A stretch of 63,999 nucleotides of DNA, counting the filler, from Asterionella formosa (Eukaryota): NCBI GenBank assembly GCA_002256025.1. It is 10 parts of 10 records of this genome, joined end to end, with 100 filler letters (N's around TTAATTAATTAA, not from the genome) between each part and the next. Parts side by side here need not be neighbours in the genome. Positions count along the whole stretch, not along the records: positions 44,427 to 62,764 come from NKIB01004073.1; 9 more parts are not named here. One strand, written 5' to 3'. How positions within the stretch are numbered: position 1 is the stretch's first letter; each line of letters opens with the position of its first letter. Below the pieces are notes generated by a model that made no database searches, was not told the DNA's origin, and worked only from the letters and a program-made list of their open reading frames with translations. The translations under genes were made by a program, and so were the position numbers. This document shows, one piece after another, positions 49,146 through 62,864 of this stretch.

Positions 49146-52100
49146 CGTCTGCAATTAAAAATTATCATGCATATAGGATCAAGGGTATCGTACGCTAAGT
49201 GGCTCAGGATTTTCATATTTATGATAGATTTTGGATCAAAATTATGATCAAAGTATCCTGTAACTTGTATGATGATTTATTAATATTTTACCGAACTTAA
49301 AGCATAATGATTATAAGAACATTATCATCACACAATGTTTATCAAATGATCAACAATATTTCTCATCAATATCATAAACATTCTCATATTATTTTCACTT
49401 CTTGGTCCCACCCGATTGATTTCCATAAATGATGCGGAAGCATGGCAACATAAACTCCGAACATGCTGTGCTGGAAAATACAGAGGAGTCGTGAAATTAT
49501 CACTCCACCATAGTAGTAAAAATGGAGGTATACCGCTACATGTAGTACAGGCGGCACTAATAGTAAAGAGCAAGCAATATCATAGATGTTTTCTTAACAT
49601 CTATGATATGGTTTGCATTGTAGAATTCTCACTTACTATATTTATTATGTAACTAAGTATGCATTGGATTCTATTAGATCCTTTCAAAATCAACGTCGTC
49701 ATCAATGTCCCGTTGATTAAAGCGGTCATTGTACTAATCAATATTCTTCTCAGGAACATTTGGTTGAAGTGGTACAACATATTGATGCATATCCTCTTCA
49801 CTAACGTTGGGAAATGAGAAGTATGAGTGTGAGTAGATGATATTTGTTGTGGAAGTAGCAATTCCACTAGGACTCTTTTCATATTCAGATCGATTCTTTT
49901 GTGAAAGTCCAGTGTAGATTTCCTTATAATAAACGAGTAAATCATCTTTCCATTGATCAGTGAGACCATTTGAAACTGAACTTTCTTCCCTCACACTTTT
50001 TTGATAAGTGGCATCCCACCCATGTCGACAAAATCAGTAGAATGACGAATATCGTTCTCTGAAATTTCCTGCGTATCTGGATTGAAACCCAAATATTTTT
50101 GTTGCAGTCGGAATTTTCCTTTCAGCACCAAGAAGCAAAATGCTTCTTTACTGGCATTGATCAGCAAACTGACAAAATGTGATTGCAATTCACACTGTGC
50201 CCGAACACTGAGTTGACAATTGGTCACAACAGATTTGTCTCCTGTTAGAAATGGTTCTCCACGGCTTGTCCGGCCTATAAAATACACTGGAGCAAGAACC
50301 ACGCCAGACTTAGTATCCATGGCTTCCCCTGTCAATGTCCTTTGACTGCGCAAAACGATAAAGCGTCAACGCCCACCTAATAAAGTCATCAATATCCGTA
50401 GTCTGGAATATAATTTCTTTAAGACCAGCTGGTGTGTCATGAATTATGTTAGCATTTTTAAATTGAAACATATTTGATAAGAATATAATCACCGACTCAA
50501 AACATCATGCTTTGGGAGCATCTCCCTGCAACTTACCTAAGATTCCTTTGAATTGATTATTCAATACATTCTGACATTCTCTCAACTTTTTAATGCACAT
50601 GCCACCAAAGGTTGATTTGATGTAATCTAAACGTGCCTTGTTGACACATTCAATGGGTCTGATTCGTTGGAAGTAACGCATCGGAACCATTCCATATGAA
50701 ATCGGCAAGCTCATCTTGGTCACTCTCCACTTCTTTGCCTAACTCCGGTTTCACTGTGTATAGCCGAGTTAGGCAACATTGGGCAAACCAATCCTGTTTG
50801 TGATTGGAAATCCTTTCATACTACTTGGATCAGATAGGGCGGGATGTTTCATTCTCTTTTGGGACCGGAAAAAACACATTAGATTGATATTCTGTTTTAC
50901 AGTAACTGCAATTCGCGAACTATAACCTCAAACTTACATGTTCACAGCAAAACGTCTTGGTCTTGAAAATAAAACTCACAACCTTGGTTACAATTGATGG
51001 TTCAATTTTAGCTAAACAGGAACAACATTCTGATAAAGCTGCTGACATAGAAGAGTCTTGATAACCTCATATGGACGAGTTTTGAACCGAATTACGATCT
51101 TTGTAGTGATTGAGTTCATTGACCAATTGATAAAAATCTTTGGCAAGTGCAAAATGTTTTTCCCTCAGTTTTTCATGTACTTGTTGGTCCGTGCGATTGG
51201 AAAATTTATGATATGGTACCATGTTGTCCATCTGCATCCGGGAGTTATTTATGGTATCATTGACAGGAGCCATTTTTCTTGTAGCAACAACTGAAAAAGA
51301 AACGTCATCATCGCTTTCAGTATCAATTACGGGATCCTGTGTACTAATAGCTGATGGTGTCCCCATCGACAATGGGGTAGTACCCCCACTAACTCCCTGT
51401 CGCAGATTGGGTTGCTTTGGATAATCGCCGATTCGATTTTTCTTTGTTATCTCATTTAGTTACTTGCCTCTTTGTTCTATACCGGTAGTATTTGCCACAT
51501 GTTGCTTGTTTCCATGAACCTCTTTATGGCTTTTTGAAGACATTATACTACTAGATAACTGTTGTCGTTGTCTTCCTTAAAGTTCGATGATCTTACTTTA
51601 TTCAATATTACATATGATACTTTGGTGATGTATGCATCGATGTAACCCTATCGTGATATCACATTATCATCTTATCAATCATGATGAGATGATTGGGAAC
51701 TGTAGTATTCTGCATCGTACTATGGAGTATGATATTATAACACGCACTTTAGTAGCTAAGTCACTCCTGTCAAGTCGACAGTGCACGTACACACACGCTA
51801 ATCAGGTTTGAGGCAACGGACAGTGGTTCCAACAAGCGAATGACCATACCACGGGTACCAATTTTTCCAGCAGCAAACCGCAATGATGAAGGACACTTGT
51901 CCCTCTATTGATGAGGATGACACGGACACCGACTTTTTCAGGAGCAAACAACAATGAAGAGACCCACTTGTCGCTATATTGATGGTAACAAAGATGCGGA
52001 CAAGTTCAACAGTGAATACAAGAACAACATACCAATGAAAACAAGTCGACAGTGTGTGTACGCACATGCCAAGCCGGTTTGAGGCAATGGACAGTTCCAA

Positions 52101-52910
52101 CAAGCAAATGACGATACGGATATCAAATATTTCCTATGAGCAAACAACAATGAAGAGAGCTACTTGCTTTCGCTCTCTTGATGGTATCAAAGATGCGGAC
52201 AAGTTCAATAGTAAATACAAGTACAGTATGCCAAATGCAGAAACGACGAGCGATATGAAAATGAAATTCTAATCAGAATCATTCTATAACTATAGCTATG
52301 TGGACAGTAGTCTCTTATGCACATTTTCGTATCTCCTTTTATGCTGAATCTCAATAGTAGATGTAGTATCATGTGAGAATTGAAAATGTCAACGAGAACA
52401 AGTAGAATGTGTTTGTTTACAGGTTGATTGGCGAGATTGTCATGCTGGGAGGTGGTCGACGAAACGGATTTACTATGTGCGCTGTGTGCGGAACCATTCC
52501 AAGTTCGAATGATTTCCTCTCTGTAAGCTCTTAATTGAATGATTATGAACAAAGGTTCACTGCACATGACGATTACTCAAAGATATAATGATCACTTGAC
52601 CAACAATTAAAGACGTTATCGCAAACATTCATTCTGCTTGTCATTGCTAGTATTTCGTTGTTGTTGCAAAAATCGGAGTGATGATGGATGGAAATAATGA
52701 GCCAAATTACATTACTTTAGCTGGTACATTATCCTACCAAGAAATTCGAATACAGGAATCTAATAGAAGCAATACATAAAATAATTAAATATATGTAGTC
52801 AAAAAGGTTACTATTATCAAAATTATTAGATGATATAACGAAAAATTATGATCAGATAATCATAATCCTATGATGCATCATGGAAATATGATAGTTTTTA
52901 TGTGCAGACA
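49146..52910. mobile_element. Candidate complete but decayed CGTCTGC-TIR element with broken minus-strand ORFs
   Basis: Left end CGTCTGCAATTAAAAATTATCAT (49146), right end ATGATAGTTTTTATGTGCAGACA (52910); no clean TSD; internal ~270-bp duplication at 51771/52043. Confidence 0.55.
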
Positions 52911-54031
52911 TGGCTGATACTTTCTATTCTTCCCTGGCCTCTAGCTCCGTCTCCTCCCTGCCAGTTCTGTCACTCTCCATTCCTCTCCAGCCACCCTCCT
53001 CTCATCTCTCCATCTCCGACTCCTACACCATCGTCTCGGCCACCCATCCTGAGAGCCTCCCCTCCACTGTCGCCACCAAAGCTGATGTTCAGGCTGCTAT
53101 TGTCTCCAGTCTTGCTTCCGCTGATGCAAAGAAAGAGCTCTCCACACACCTTCCCCGTTTTAATGATGATCCCACTAAATTTAACGAATGGTTTACCATG
53201 CTTACAACCCGGCTTAGCACCCCTGTCTGGCGCCATATCCACTTAGCTTCCCCCTCCGACCCTTCTTCCTATGCCGCCCTCTCCCAGGCCCTCTATAGCG
53301 TCTCTATTGTCGTCCTCCACGACCAAGCTTCAGACCATTGGCGGAGCCAGGAGGACATCCTTCACAACGGAGTTGCCCTTCTTCAGGAGGTTACCCAGTA
53401 TTATCGCGTGAGACATTCGTACTCCCTAATCAATCTACTCATGGCCTGGGACATTTTTTTTAAAAAAGACAAAGAGACACCCCTCCAACTCTCCTTCCGC
53501 ACCCGCGAGTTGGTCTCCCAAGCCTCTTCTGCCAGCCAACATTTTACCAATCCCTTCATATGCTATCGCTATCTCCTGGCTCTCGGTCCGGCTTTCCACT
53601 CCTTTGTTCATCCCTATCTACTTCATCAAAAAGATATCACGGCGATGACACTGGTTACTTTAGTTGCCTCAGTAAAAACATATACTGATACCACCGGCTT
53701 TGACCCATCGGGACAGCTCCTCTCCTGCTCCTGTCCCTGCTGCCGCCCCGGCTCCCGCTCCGTCGCTCCGCTGCCGCTCGCCACGTTGCCTGTACATCTG
53801 TCAACCAGTTTTCCCCCTTGGCCGAGTTCGCCGATGACGACTGCCCCGACGAGCAGCCCATTTTTCCTACCTTGACCATGACGACCCTTCCCCTGTGACT
53901 CGTGGTTCGGATCGTCACCTGGGCGCCTGCCTTGGTACCCTCCTCCACACTCTCCCGGTCTCTGAAAAAATCTGTCCGGACTCTGGCGCCTCCGTCGATA
54001 TGTTCCCGGACCGCTCCTGCTTTGTGACATA
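52911..54031 (+). pseudogene. Ty1/copia gag-protease fragment
   Basis: C-rich Gag-like ORF (LPRFNDDPTKFNEWF...GVALLQEV...KDKETP); aspartic protease motif DSGASVDMFPDRSCFVTY at 53979-54032. Confidence 0.75.
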
Positions 54032-57000
54032 TGGTGGTATCTTTCGAGAAAATTACATTTCCCCAGAGAAATAATTTTCCAGGAACAGTATAAGACTTTG
54101 ACCCATCCCCCTTCTCCCAGTTCACTTCAATCCAATCAAACCATTCCCGACCAGAGATCCCAGCTTTTGAATCATTGTTCCATTTCGGATGACATCTCAA
54201 AATAGTGCTTTGTCCTGGAGCATTGGCGTGAATTTTGACATGGTAGTAAAAATCCATCTTAATTACAGTCATGGATTTCACTTCATTATCAATTACACTT
54301 TTCGCTCTTTCCACCGCTGAATTGGTAATGTTTTTAACATGGATAGCACCGTGTCGTAAATCTGGATGAAATAACTGTGAGAATGGTGTTATCAACATTC
54401 CACGTGATGACAAAGGTTGTTGTAAATTTGTTAAAGTAACACCAGAAATAGTTCATTGACCATTTATGGCTAGTGCAGAAAATTGAACTCTGGCAGGAAG
54501 TGATGGTAAATTTTCGGTAGTTCTTGCTTCCTTGTTAGAAGGGGAAGAAAGGACTTTCATTTTCGCATCCAAAGAGATAATTTCTAAGCCATCATTCAAT
54601 AAATCCTGTTCGGAATAGTTATCAAATACAATTTTGCGTGCGAGGGAAAATTGTCTTGTTTCATAGGATCATATCAAAATATCATGCTTGAGACGATGAA
54701 GTTGTCCGTTTACGCGTTTACTGGGACGTGTTCAATTTATCTTTCAAAAAAGATTCCAAATAGCCACCGAAAAAATTAAGAGGTGAACCAAATTTTTGAA
54801 TCAAATAAGGATAATGTTTCATGCCATGGAAGTTTGCCATTGTTAATCCAATTTGAGATGCCATCTCCCTCTGAGGACTAACCAGTGTCTTTGTGACAGA
54901 CATGAACCTATTTATTCTTTCTTTCAAAGTTATCACACAAGTTTCAATATATTGCGGAAGGAATAAACTGTCATTGATGGAAATACCTAACCATAATAGC
55001 AATGTGAAGTCTTTTTCAAGGTCGGTGTTCTCAGGACCTAACATTGTTCCTCCCATTGAGAAAATTGTTAGCAAACATAGACCAGAGATTTCTTGGCCAG
55101 ACATCTTGGATAATGCGGTCAATCCTTATCGATATGATAGTATTGGTATATTTCGATCACTTTGTCTCTCCAGGTGGCTATTAATGTATCTAGCATTTTT
55201 TTCAAATTGAAGTTTTGCAAACACATTTCTTGTACTAGAACATGTAGGTGATCGTAACTTTTGCCAGTGAAGGTACTTTTGAAAATTGGTTCGTATGTAA
55301 GTACTTGTTATTGTGACATTCGTTTTTCTGGCCCGTTTTCTCAAACTTGGTTCTTGGTCAGGACCAGTCGGTCTACTGGAGGTAAACCTGTCTCGTTCGC
55401 CTCAGAGTAGGTGTTTGGTACTTCTGGACAACTCCTTTTCTTAAAAAAGGATTCCCAATCTTTAGGAATAGGTCAATAATTATATAATGATTCCAAAATG
55501 TACTTCAATAGGCCAAGTAAAAGTTGATGGAGCACCTCGAAAGGTGTTGCACCAAGTACTCCTTCTGGATCACCGCCAAAGTTATGTGTCATCAATGCCG
55601 GGATGATTGGATTATGGGAAATGACATGGCACCACTCATTTCGTGTTGCGAACTTACTATTAGTCTGAGTCACACCAAAACATGTTGGTATAGATGGTAA
55701 TTTTCCATCTGGATAAGTTTCTTTATCCAAATATTGCTTCAGAAATTTATATGCATCGCCAACTTCTTGCAGTTCACATTCTATATCCGGATTGTCAGTG
55801 TCTTCTGTAAGTACGGTGCAATCTCGGCAAACATGTTGTCGATATAATCCATTACCTCCACGGAAACCGCAAATTTTATTATGTTCCTCCGTATCTCCAA
55901 CTACCATTCCAATTTGGAAATAAACTTTTGTATACCCCAGACCATGCACCCAAATATCATGAATTTGTTTGGATCTTGAAAAGGTTCTAATAAAAATCCA
56001 GTACCAGCAGCATGATATAACTTCAGTCGAGAAAGAGACGAGATGTCATTACCTGACTTCTTAGTGTCCATTTGTTTCTCCAAGTCACTAACTTCGATAT
56101 CTGGTAATAATGACACAAGTTGCCACGCATCAACTTTCTTCCTTCCTTCCAACGTTAAGTTTAAGATTGTTAGTACTAAGAATGGATGTTCTGAGTGCTT
56201 CATTTGTTTATCAATAGGTGAACCGCCACTAAAGACAGTCAATGCCACAAACAAATGACCAGGCTTTAAAACTCCGTTTTCTGTAGCTTTTGAATTGTTG
56301 AATGCATTTCAAACCAAGTAGCAGAGGTAACTTCGTCATATATTCGTTTTCCGCAGTTTGTAAGCTTCCTTTGCGGATGACATACAAAATGTTCCATGAT
56401 GTCAGGATCACGTAACAACGATGACATGAGTTGTACTGGTTCAAAGTAAGGTAATGTCCGTGGAATGGAGAGTATTCCATTATTCTCAAGAAGAATTTCT
56501 TTTTTCAACAGTTAACCACCTGTTAACCTTGGAGGAAATGAATCATCCATTTGTTTTCAAAGTTTGATAGGAAGGAGCTTGATTCTTTCCATGACAATAT
56601 TTCATTCTCTGTGCTTTGAATAACCATTTCATAAGATGATCGAAGTACATTGGTGGTAGATAGTTCTCGTTCAGGAATAACATGAGTTCTAATTCAATTG
56701 GATGCATGTTTAGTAAATTTTTTTGGGAAGTTGAAATTGAACAGGTCGAGGAATTTTCATAGATTCCTTGGGAATGAACCCCCTTCGATCTTGGTACTCA
56801 GGATAATGCATAGTATCATTATCCAACCCAATAATTTCTGAAAATTCTGTTTCTTCTTCACCTTGCCTTGATGTATTTGAAATCAATGAGATACTTTCGT
56901 CATAGAATGGAAATAAAAAATTCTGGTCATCTAATTGTGAAAGAGATTCTTCCGTATGCAAACTATCAAAAATAAGAACGTTGGGAAATGAGGATGAGAC

Positions 57001-57225
57001 ACCTGACTTTCCTGTTTCATTTAAATCACTTGATAGTTTACCGCCACCATACATAGTTTGATTGCAAATTCCAGAAATGCGTTGTTCTTCCAAGCAGCGA
57101 TGGCACAAACCAAAATCATAAAATTGACGATTGTTGCAGTTTCGATTGTGAAAGTCAGAGGGAGATTTGTTCTTCCGAAATTTATAGTTGCATACTGAGC
57201 ACCAGTTAAAGGTTCGTAATGCCAT
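54032..57225 (-). pseudogene. Plavaka/CMC-type transposase pseudogene
   Basis: IYDEVTSATWF; LTILNL..EGRKKVDAWQLVSLLP; VVGDTEEHNKICG..CRDC; PFEVLHQLLLGLLKY; NFHGMKHYPYLIQKFGSPLNF..GYLES; LRCHPKW..EWFDWI; several frameshifts. Confidence 0.82.
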
Positions 57226-57439
57226 TGTTTAGGCAAAAAGGCAAAATCAAAATAGAGTAGAGGGATCGATTTGTGGGCAGCGGTATGAATAGAAATGAAT
57301 ATAAGGAAATGTCCAAGTATCGCTTTTTCGTCAATAAATACGGAATACCGGTACATACGTGTATATTCAATAATGTGTAATGCAGTACATAGTACAAAGC
57401 ACTGCAACCTTATTATGCAACACTAACCTTTAAAATTTT

Positions 57440-57760
57440 CGTCTGGAAATAAAAACTATCATGAAAAAATGATCAAGGGTATCGTACGCTAAGTGGCACA
57501 GGATTTTTACATATATGATAGTTTTTCGATCAAAAATATTATCAATGTATCATATAATTATGATCATGCAGTAAACTTTTACCAAGCTTGAAATATGATG
57601 ATACTATCATAGTTATAATACCATTACATCATATAATAAGTTAAACATGGTCATATGATGTGTATACTTTTGTCATACATCTATCTTAGCATGATTGTAA
57701 TTCTCATTGATATCACTGCCTAAAATAGGATGAAATTGATCGAAATTTGGAACTATATTT
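57440..57760. mobile_element. Left terminus of the CGTCTGC-TIR family (third copy)
   Basis: CGTCTGGAAATAAAAACTATCATG...GATCAAGGGTATCGTACGCTAAGTGGCACAGGAT. Confidence 0.7.
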
Positions 57761-58199
57761 AAGAATGGTTTTATGTTTCTATATCTTGAGTGGCTACAGA
57801 ATGTTCTACAATGCTCTCATCGCAATGATTGGCGCTTCAGCTTTTACTTCCACATTCCCCCCAATCCAATTCTGAAGGTTGTTGTGCTGCTGGTTGCCTT
57901 GCCATAGTTCCCCTGCTTTGTTCCATTTACTCCTGACGGATCTGAGTTTGCATTCACGCATTTTCCTATTACTATTGAATCCGTTTCGTTGTTCCAATCA
58001 GCCATACTAACAAAGAGAAGCAATTCATTGTTAGCTGTTCATGTTTTGCTTACACAACAACATGCATTTCTTCGCTTCTATCTTGACTTCACTTATGGGG
58101 CATACAAGCTGGCAGCATGGCAAATATTGGTGATGACTACCAGTAAGAAACAAACAAACGCAACAATCAACCATGAGCGAAATTACACATCACAATGAT

Positions 58200-60898
58200 G
58201 ACAACGGTGATGACGAATTTAACTACAGTCATGACAGTTGTCTTACCTTCTGTCAAGACCGGTTGATTGTAGAGTCGGCTGTGGAGGGATGTGAGGATCG
58301 CATCTTCTGCAAATAATGCGATTTTAGTTGCCCCGAATGTCAGTGCTGGCCCGATGGGATGAAGTCGAAGAGTTGGTAGAAAAGTTCTTGGAAGGTGAAT
58401 CCATTTTCAGCAGATTGAAGGATTAAGACATTACGGTATCAAGAGCCCGCAATCTTCTATACCAGTTTTAAATCAGAGTTTCCTGTGGTCCATTGGCTGG
58501 GAAAAGGTGTTTGGATGCAAATTCCTGTCTGTTGTTTGAAGGGGGTTCGATCCCTTTTGAAGAACAAGGACACAAACGAAGATTACACTGGCTTCAAATC
58601 TGTTTCTAAACGCTCTAAATCTAGTAGTGAAATTGAAGCAAAAGACTTTTCAATCAACCAACAATTTATTTTGGGTTGTCACGAGGCGGGATTGGGACCT
58701 GGCAATGCAGACATCATTTGTTCTGCAATGAACTTACCGATTGCAGTTGGGTAATGGTCAACGCAAGGAAATGTCTGTGTTGTTGAGGAGCTTGTTGGGA
58801 AAGCCCAACTGAAAACAACAGCTCTTGCGATGCATTGCGATGCAATAGGCATGTGATGCAGAAATATAGCTACCAGACACTCAATGTGCATGAACGAGTT
58901 GATTGGGCAGACAAAGGACGTGATTTCCAGTGGTGGAACCAAGTCACTATCTGGTACTGAACGTACGGCTGTGCAGAATATGCCATGCCTGACAGTTAGT
59001 TAAGATATGGGCTGGCAAAAGCAATCAAGTGGAAATAAGTACAACTCAGTAAGTGGGCATGCATTCTGCATCGGTGGCTAGTACACAAGAAAGATACTAG
59101 ACCATCGAGTAAAATCAAAGTCTATAATGTGTGCAACAGGGCTGTACAGTACAAGAATTGCTCCAAGAATCACGTAGCTAACTGGAAGTTTGAAGGCAAT
59201 GGAACCAGATGTGGGTGTAGAAATGATGGTTGATGCCAATCACTACTAAATATAATGTTATCTACTCTGTAATCATTGTCTGTGATGATGATTCTTCAAT
59301 TTAAGCTGTCTTGAAATGGTCCTATAAGGATTAATTAATTCTACAGCCTGCATTTGAATGGACAAGAATATTAAAAGAAAAAACCCCGACAAAAGTTGCC
59401 TTCCACTACATATCCCAGAACCGCAATTCCTTTCTGATCAATCCTCACACCAGGTTCGCATACTTCTCCGCCCTGCCTTTTTAAAACCCAATGGCCAGGT
59501 CTCCCTCGATTGTCCATCAAAAGTAGATTGTCTCCTATTGAAAATATATTATGGAGCATGGATTAAAAAACCGGAACCTATCATTGATTGATTTTACGGA
59601 ATCATCAAAGGTTTCAATCAACCACTTGTTTGCAGCCATGACTTTTGTTCTGAGACATGGTGTCCTGTGAAAGCAGGAAAAATTTTAGCAATGGAAAATA
59701 TCATGATATGAAAACAGAAAGACCATTGAATGATTGGTCAATGTTTAATGTTGCAGCAAAGTCGAAGGCAAAAAGCTTCTATCATTGTATCGAAACACAA
59801 GGAGTCACAAAATACATGAACGATGTCTACAAACGATGTGGAATGGTAATGTCACAACTGCAAGAATCCTTCTGGAGGCAAAAGGAAAAGCGACGGAACG
59901 ACGATGCAGTCTACAAGGCGCAATTCAAACGGAAAAGAAAACGAAACAAAACGAAAAAATACATGTGGCACGATTTGAAATTTTGCGGCAAGAAAGGCAA
60001 GACAAGAAATCAGGTAAGAGTTACGGAGCTGGTGTCGCGCTAACAGAAGAACCGGAGGCCACAACTACAATCCGGAAGTCAAATGCGCAATGCAAACATT
60101 GCGGCCGGAATGATATGATCATCAGCGAAAAAGCAATGCACACTCCCCATTCTTTAAAGGCAAAGTGCATTGTAGTTGTACTGGTACTGGTACCAGGTAC
60201 GGTGATATTATCGGATACAGTAAAGGCCTACCTGTAAACCCAAGAAAATGTTACATGTGCATCCAATGTGACCGGTGTGGGTTTGCAATTCCTTGCACAA
60301 TCAAACAGAGGTAGTATTTCGCAATTGCCAATCAGTACATATATAATATTGCGAATACTTACAATGGAATTTTTGGTACTGGAAATTTTACGACCAAATA
60401 TTGCATCACAAGACTCTGATACAGATGATGACGTTTCGGCGCTAATTGGTTCTGATTCCGATATTTTGGAGATGATAGAAAAGGCCGATTTTGCCGAATT
60501 TTTGGACGACAATAGCTCAACGTTGGCTGGGTCTGAAGACGATTTAGATACATAGTTAAACTTCAAATAGCATCAGTATTTAACTTCCGGCGAGAAACTG
60601 CTTTGCCAAATAAAGTGATTTCCCCCGAAATTTCCAGTCTTCATAGCATAGTAAAAAAACTGAAGTTCCTTTCTGCAGTTTCTCGCCAGATCCTATATCC
60701 TGACAATAAATGGCGTTGAACTTTACCCCTACTTTTGTCAATGGCTGTATTTAAGCATATGGAAAGGGTGTATAATGGTGAAAGCTCCGTGTAGCGATAT
60801 ACATTTATGTTTTAGTCGTAAGAAGTGCGTGTTTGAGTACTCTGACTCAATATTGTTTTTTAACCCTACCTCTAAACTAGGGTTGAAATGCAGGAACC
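58200..60898 (+). mobile_element. Degenerate Kolobok-like DNA transposon (KolX-like ORF + DDE transposase)
   Basis: LGKGVWMQIPVCCLKGVRSLL...EDYTGFK; DMGWQKQSSGNKYNSVSGHAFCIGG (~59004), KAMEPD, CDDDSS (59281), FLSD; terminus ...GCAGGAACC|TTAA. Confidence 0.7.
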
Positions 60899-60902
60899 TT
60901 AA

Positions 60903-61090
60903 TTAAGGGTTTAACAAAAAGAGGGGGGACGAAATATCGTTTTCCTAGCATCTCACTGTTCCATGCCGTTTTTACAACCCTAGCGACGCTTTCTCCAAAC
61001 TAGGGTTAAAAGCTGAGGGCCGCAACCTCAAGGGTTTTTCAAAAAGAGGGAGACGAAATATCGAAATAGGGGGACGAAATATCTTTTTCC
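60903..61090. mobile_element. MULE right-TIR fragments of the 8165-10402 family
   Basis: AAGGGTTT...AAAAGAGGGGGGACGAAATATC repeated, ending GGGGACGAAATATCTTTTTCC then (TA)5; interrupted by a ~65-bp segment also seen at 38430-38497. Confidence 0.75.
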
Positions 61091-61769
61091 TATATATATA
61101 CCGTATTATTTAATTAATAACTAATTAGCAACGTGCTGATTTTGTTTCTGTGCGTTTCGTCATTTTTTGTTCAATTGAATTTGAGGTCGTCTGCAAGGCA
61201 TCAGCAAAAATCGATCGAAGGAAGTGATCGAACTAGTTTAGTCCCTCACCAAAAGTAAATTTAGGCAGAAGCTCATACACGTGTGCCCGACATTTTCCTG
61301 CCAGTCACCGAGATGAAGATGATTCGAAGAAACTCCAAGCTGTCTGATTCATCCTCTTGTGGAGTTTGGAATGTCGCCCAAACCAGGACGACCAATGAAG
61401 TCATACAACTCTGATGCCACGCGAGTCTACGGTACGTACAACGCTACGTATTTTTTGAAACTTGATCGATTCCTTCTCTCAATCTGAGCTGGTGCAGACT
61501 GAATCTTTTGAAGCATGAATTATGTATGAAAACTCATTTCAATTGACACGAAAGATCTCCTCCCTACAGAATGCTGATGATGGCAGCAATTTTTTGATCC
61601 TGCAGGATCTGCTGACACTTTTGATCAACCTGAAACTCTGTAGAAATTCGGTTTCCACAGACCTTCCCATCTTTCTTTAACACGCAACCGGCGAATGAAT
61701 CATCAGCTCATCGGTGCCGCCACTCAGTCTCATAATTTTCAAATCACTGTTAGAAAAATCCATTTCACA

Positions 61770-62312
61770 ATGCAAGCCTTTGCCATCGCTCTCTCACTCG
61801 CCTCTCTTGCAGGATCTGCCTTCGGATTCGCTCCTTCGGCTCCGCTCGCATTTACTCGCCCAGCAGGATCCCTCTGGATGGCTGGCACCGTGGGCACAGC
61901 CGATATTGTGGACACAGCGGTTGCCAATGGATCATTCACTACATTGGCAGCTGCCCTTGGCGCAGCCGGTTTGGTAGATACCTTGAAGGGTGATGGACCC
62001 TTCACGGTCTTTGCTCCAACTGATGAAGCATTCGCCAAACTTCCAAAGGGAACTGTCGATGATTTGTTGAAGCCCGAGAACAAGGCTAAATTAACCAGTA
62101 TTCTTACTTATCACGTTTTGGCCGGCGAAGTCATGGCATCAACTGTCGTGACGATGGACGGAAAGAAAGCCACTACGGTGAATGGTGCTGATGTTACTAT
62201 TGGCGTGAAGGATGGCACTGTTACGGTTGACGATGCAGTTGTTGTCACTACTGATGTCAAAGCATCCAATGGGGTGATTCACGTGATCGACTCTGTGATG
62301 ATCCCCCAATAA
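61770..62312 (+). CDS. Single-domain fasciclin (FAS1) protein, 180 aa, predicted plastid-targeted
   Basis: H1 motif [18 protein letters not shown]2 motif [12 protein letters not shown]; start at [22 protein letters not shown] (signal peptide + FAP motif + transit-like segment). Confidence 0.92.
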   Translation: MQAFAIALSLASLAGSAFGFAPSAPLAFTRPAGSLWMAGTVGTADIVDTAVANGSFTTLAAALGAAGLVDTLKGDGPFTVFAPTDEAFAKLPKGTVDDLLKPENKAKLTSILTYHVLAGEVMASTVVTMDGKKATTVNGADVTIGVKDGTVTVDDAVVVTTDVKASNGVIHVIDSVMIPQ

Positions 62313-62864
62313 AGCTTGAATGGGAATGCTACAGCTAGCTTTCGGAACTAGTTTATAGATGGCTGATCCAGAAAGTGCCTATGCAAAGCTAGAGTAAGCA
62401 TGAGTAGAAGTAAAGAAATCCATTAGATGGCCAGAAATGAACCTCTTTTTTGTGCCTGGCTGCTTACCTGCCAACTTATTCTCTCGTAGTTTGTTTTTCA
62501 ATACACATTAAAGCTGTCTTCTCTACCAAAAGAAACTGAAGGTCAACAACGCAAGGACTCGGTCGTTCACTCAACGCCTCCCTCAAGTCGATATTTTGTT
62601 CACACGGTCTGAACTTGCATTGTCAATCTTGGTGGAAACAGCAGAAATGCCAGGATTTTCTATATCGTACTACTGTAGCGTCTTACAAACCAGCCACTAC
62701 ATCAGGATGCCGGTATCCGTAAAAATCCATCAAGTCGTTGTCCAAGCTATACTTTGCGTAAGCGNNNNNNNNNNNNNNNNNNNNNNNNNNNNNNNNNNNN
62801 NNNNNNNNTTAATTAATTAANNNNNNNNNNNNNNNNNNNNNNNNNNNNNNNNNNNNNNNNNNNN

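Noticed and set aside
46307..52910. Single element with CG/TG target duplication
   Set aside because: Left and right flanks are unrelated sequences and a second left end lies at 49146; a 2-bp imperfect match is not evidence.
61695..61769. Upstream ATG extension of the fasciclin ORF
   Set aside because: The signal peptide begins at the 61770 ATG (ACAATG context); the extension would mask it.
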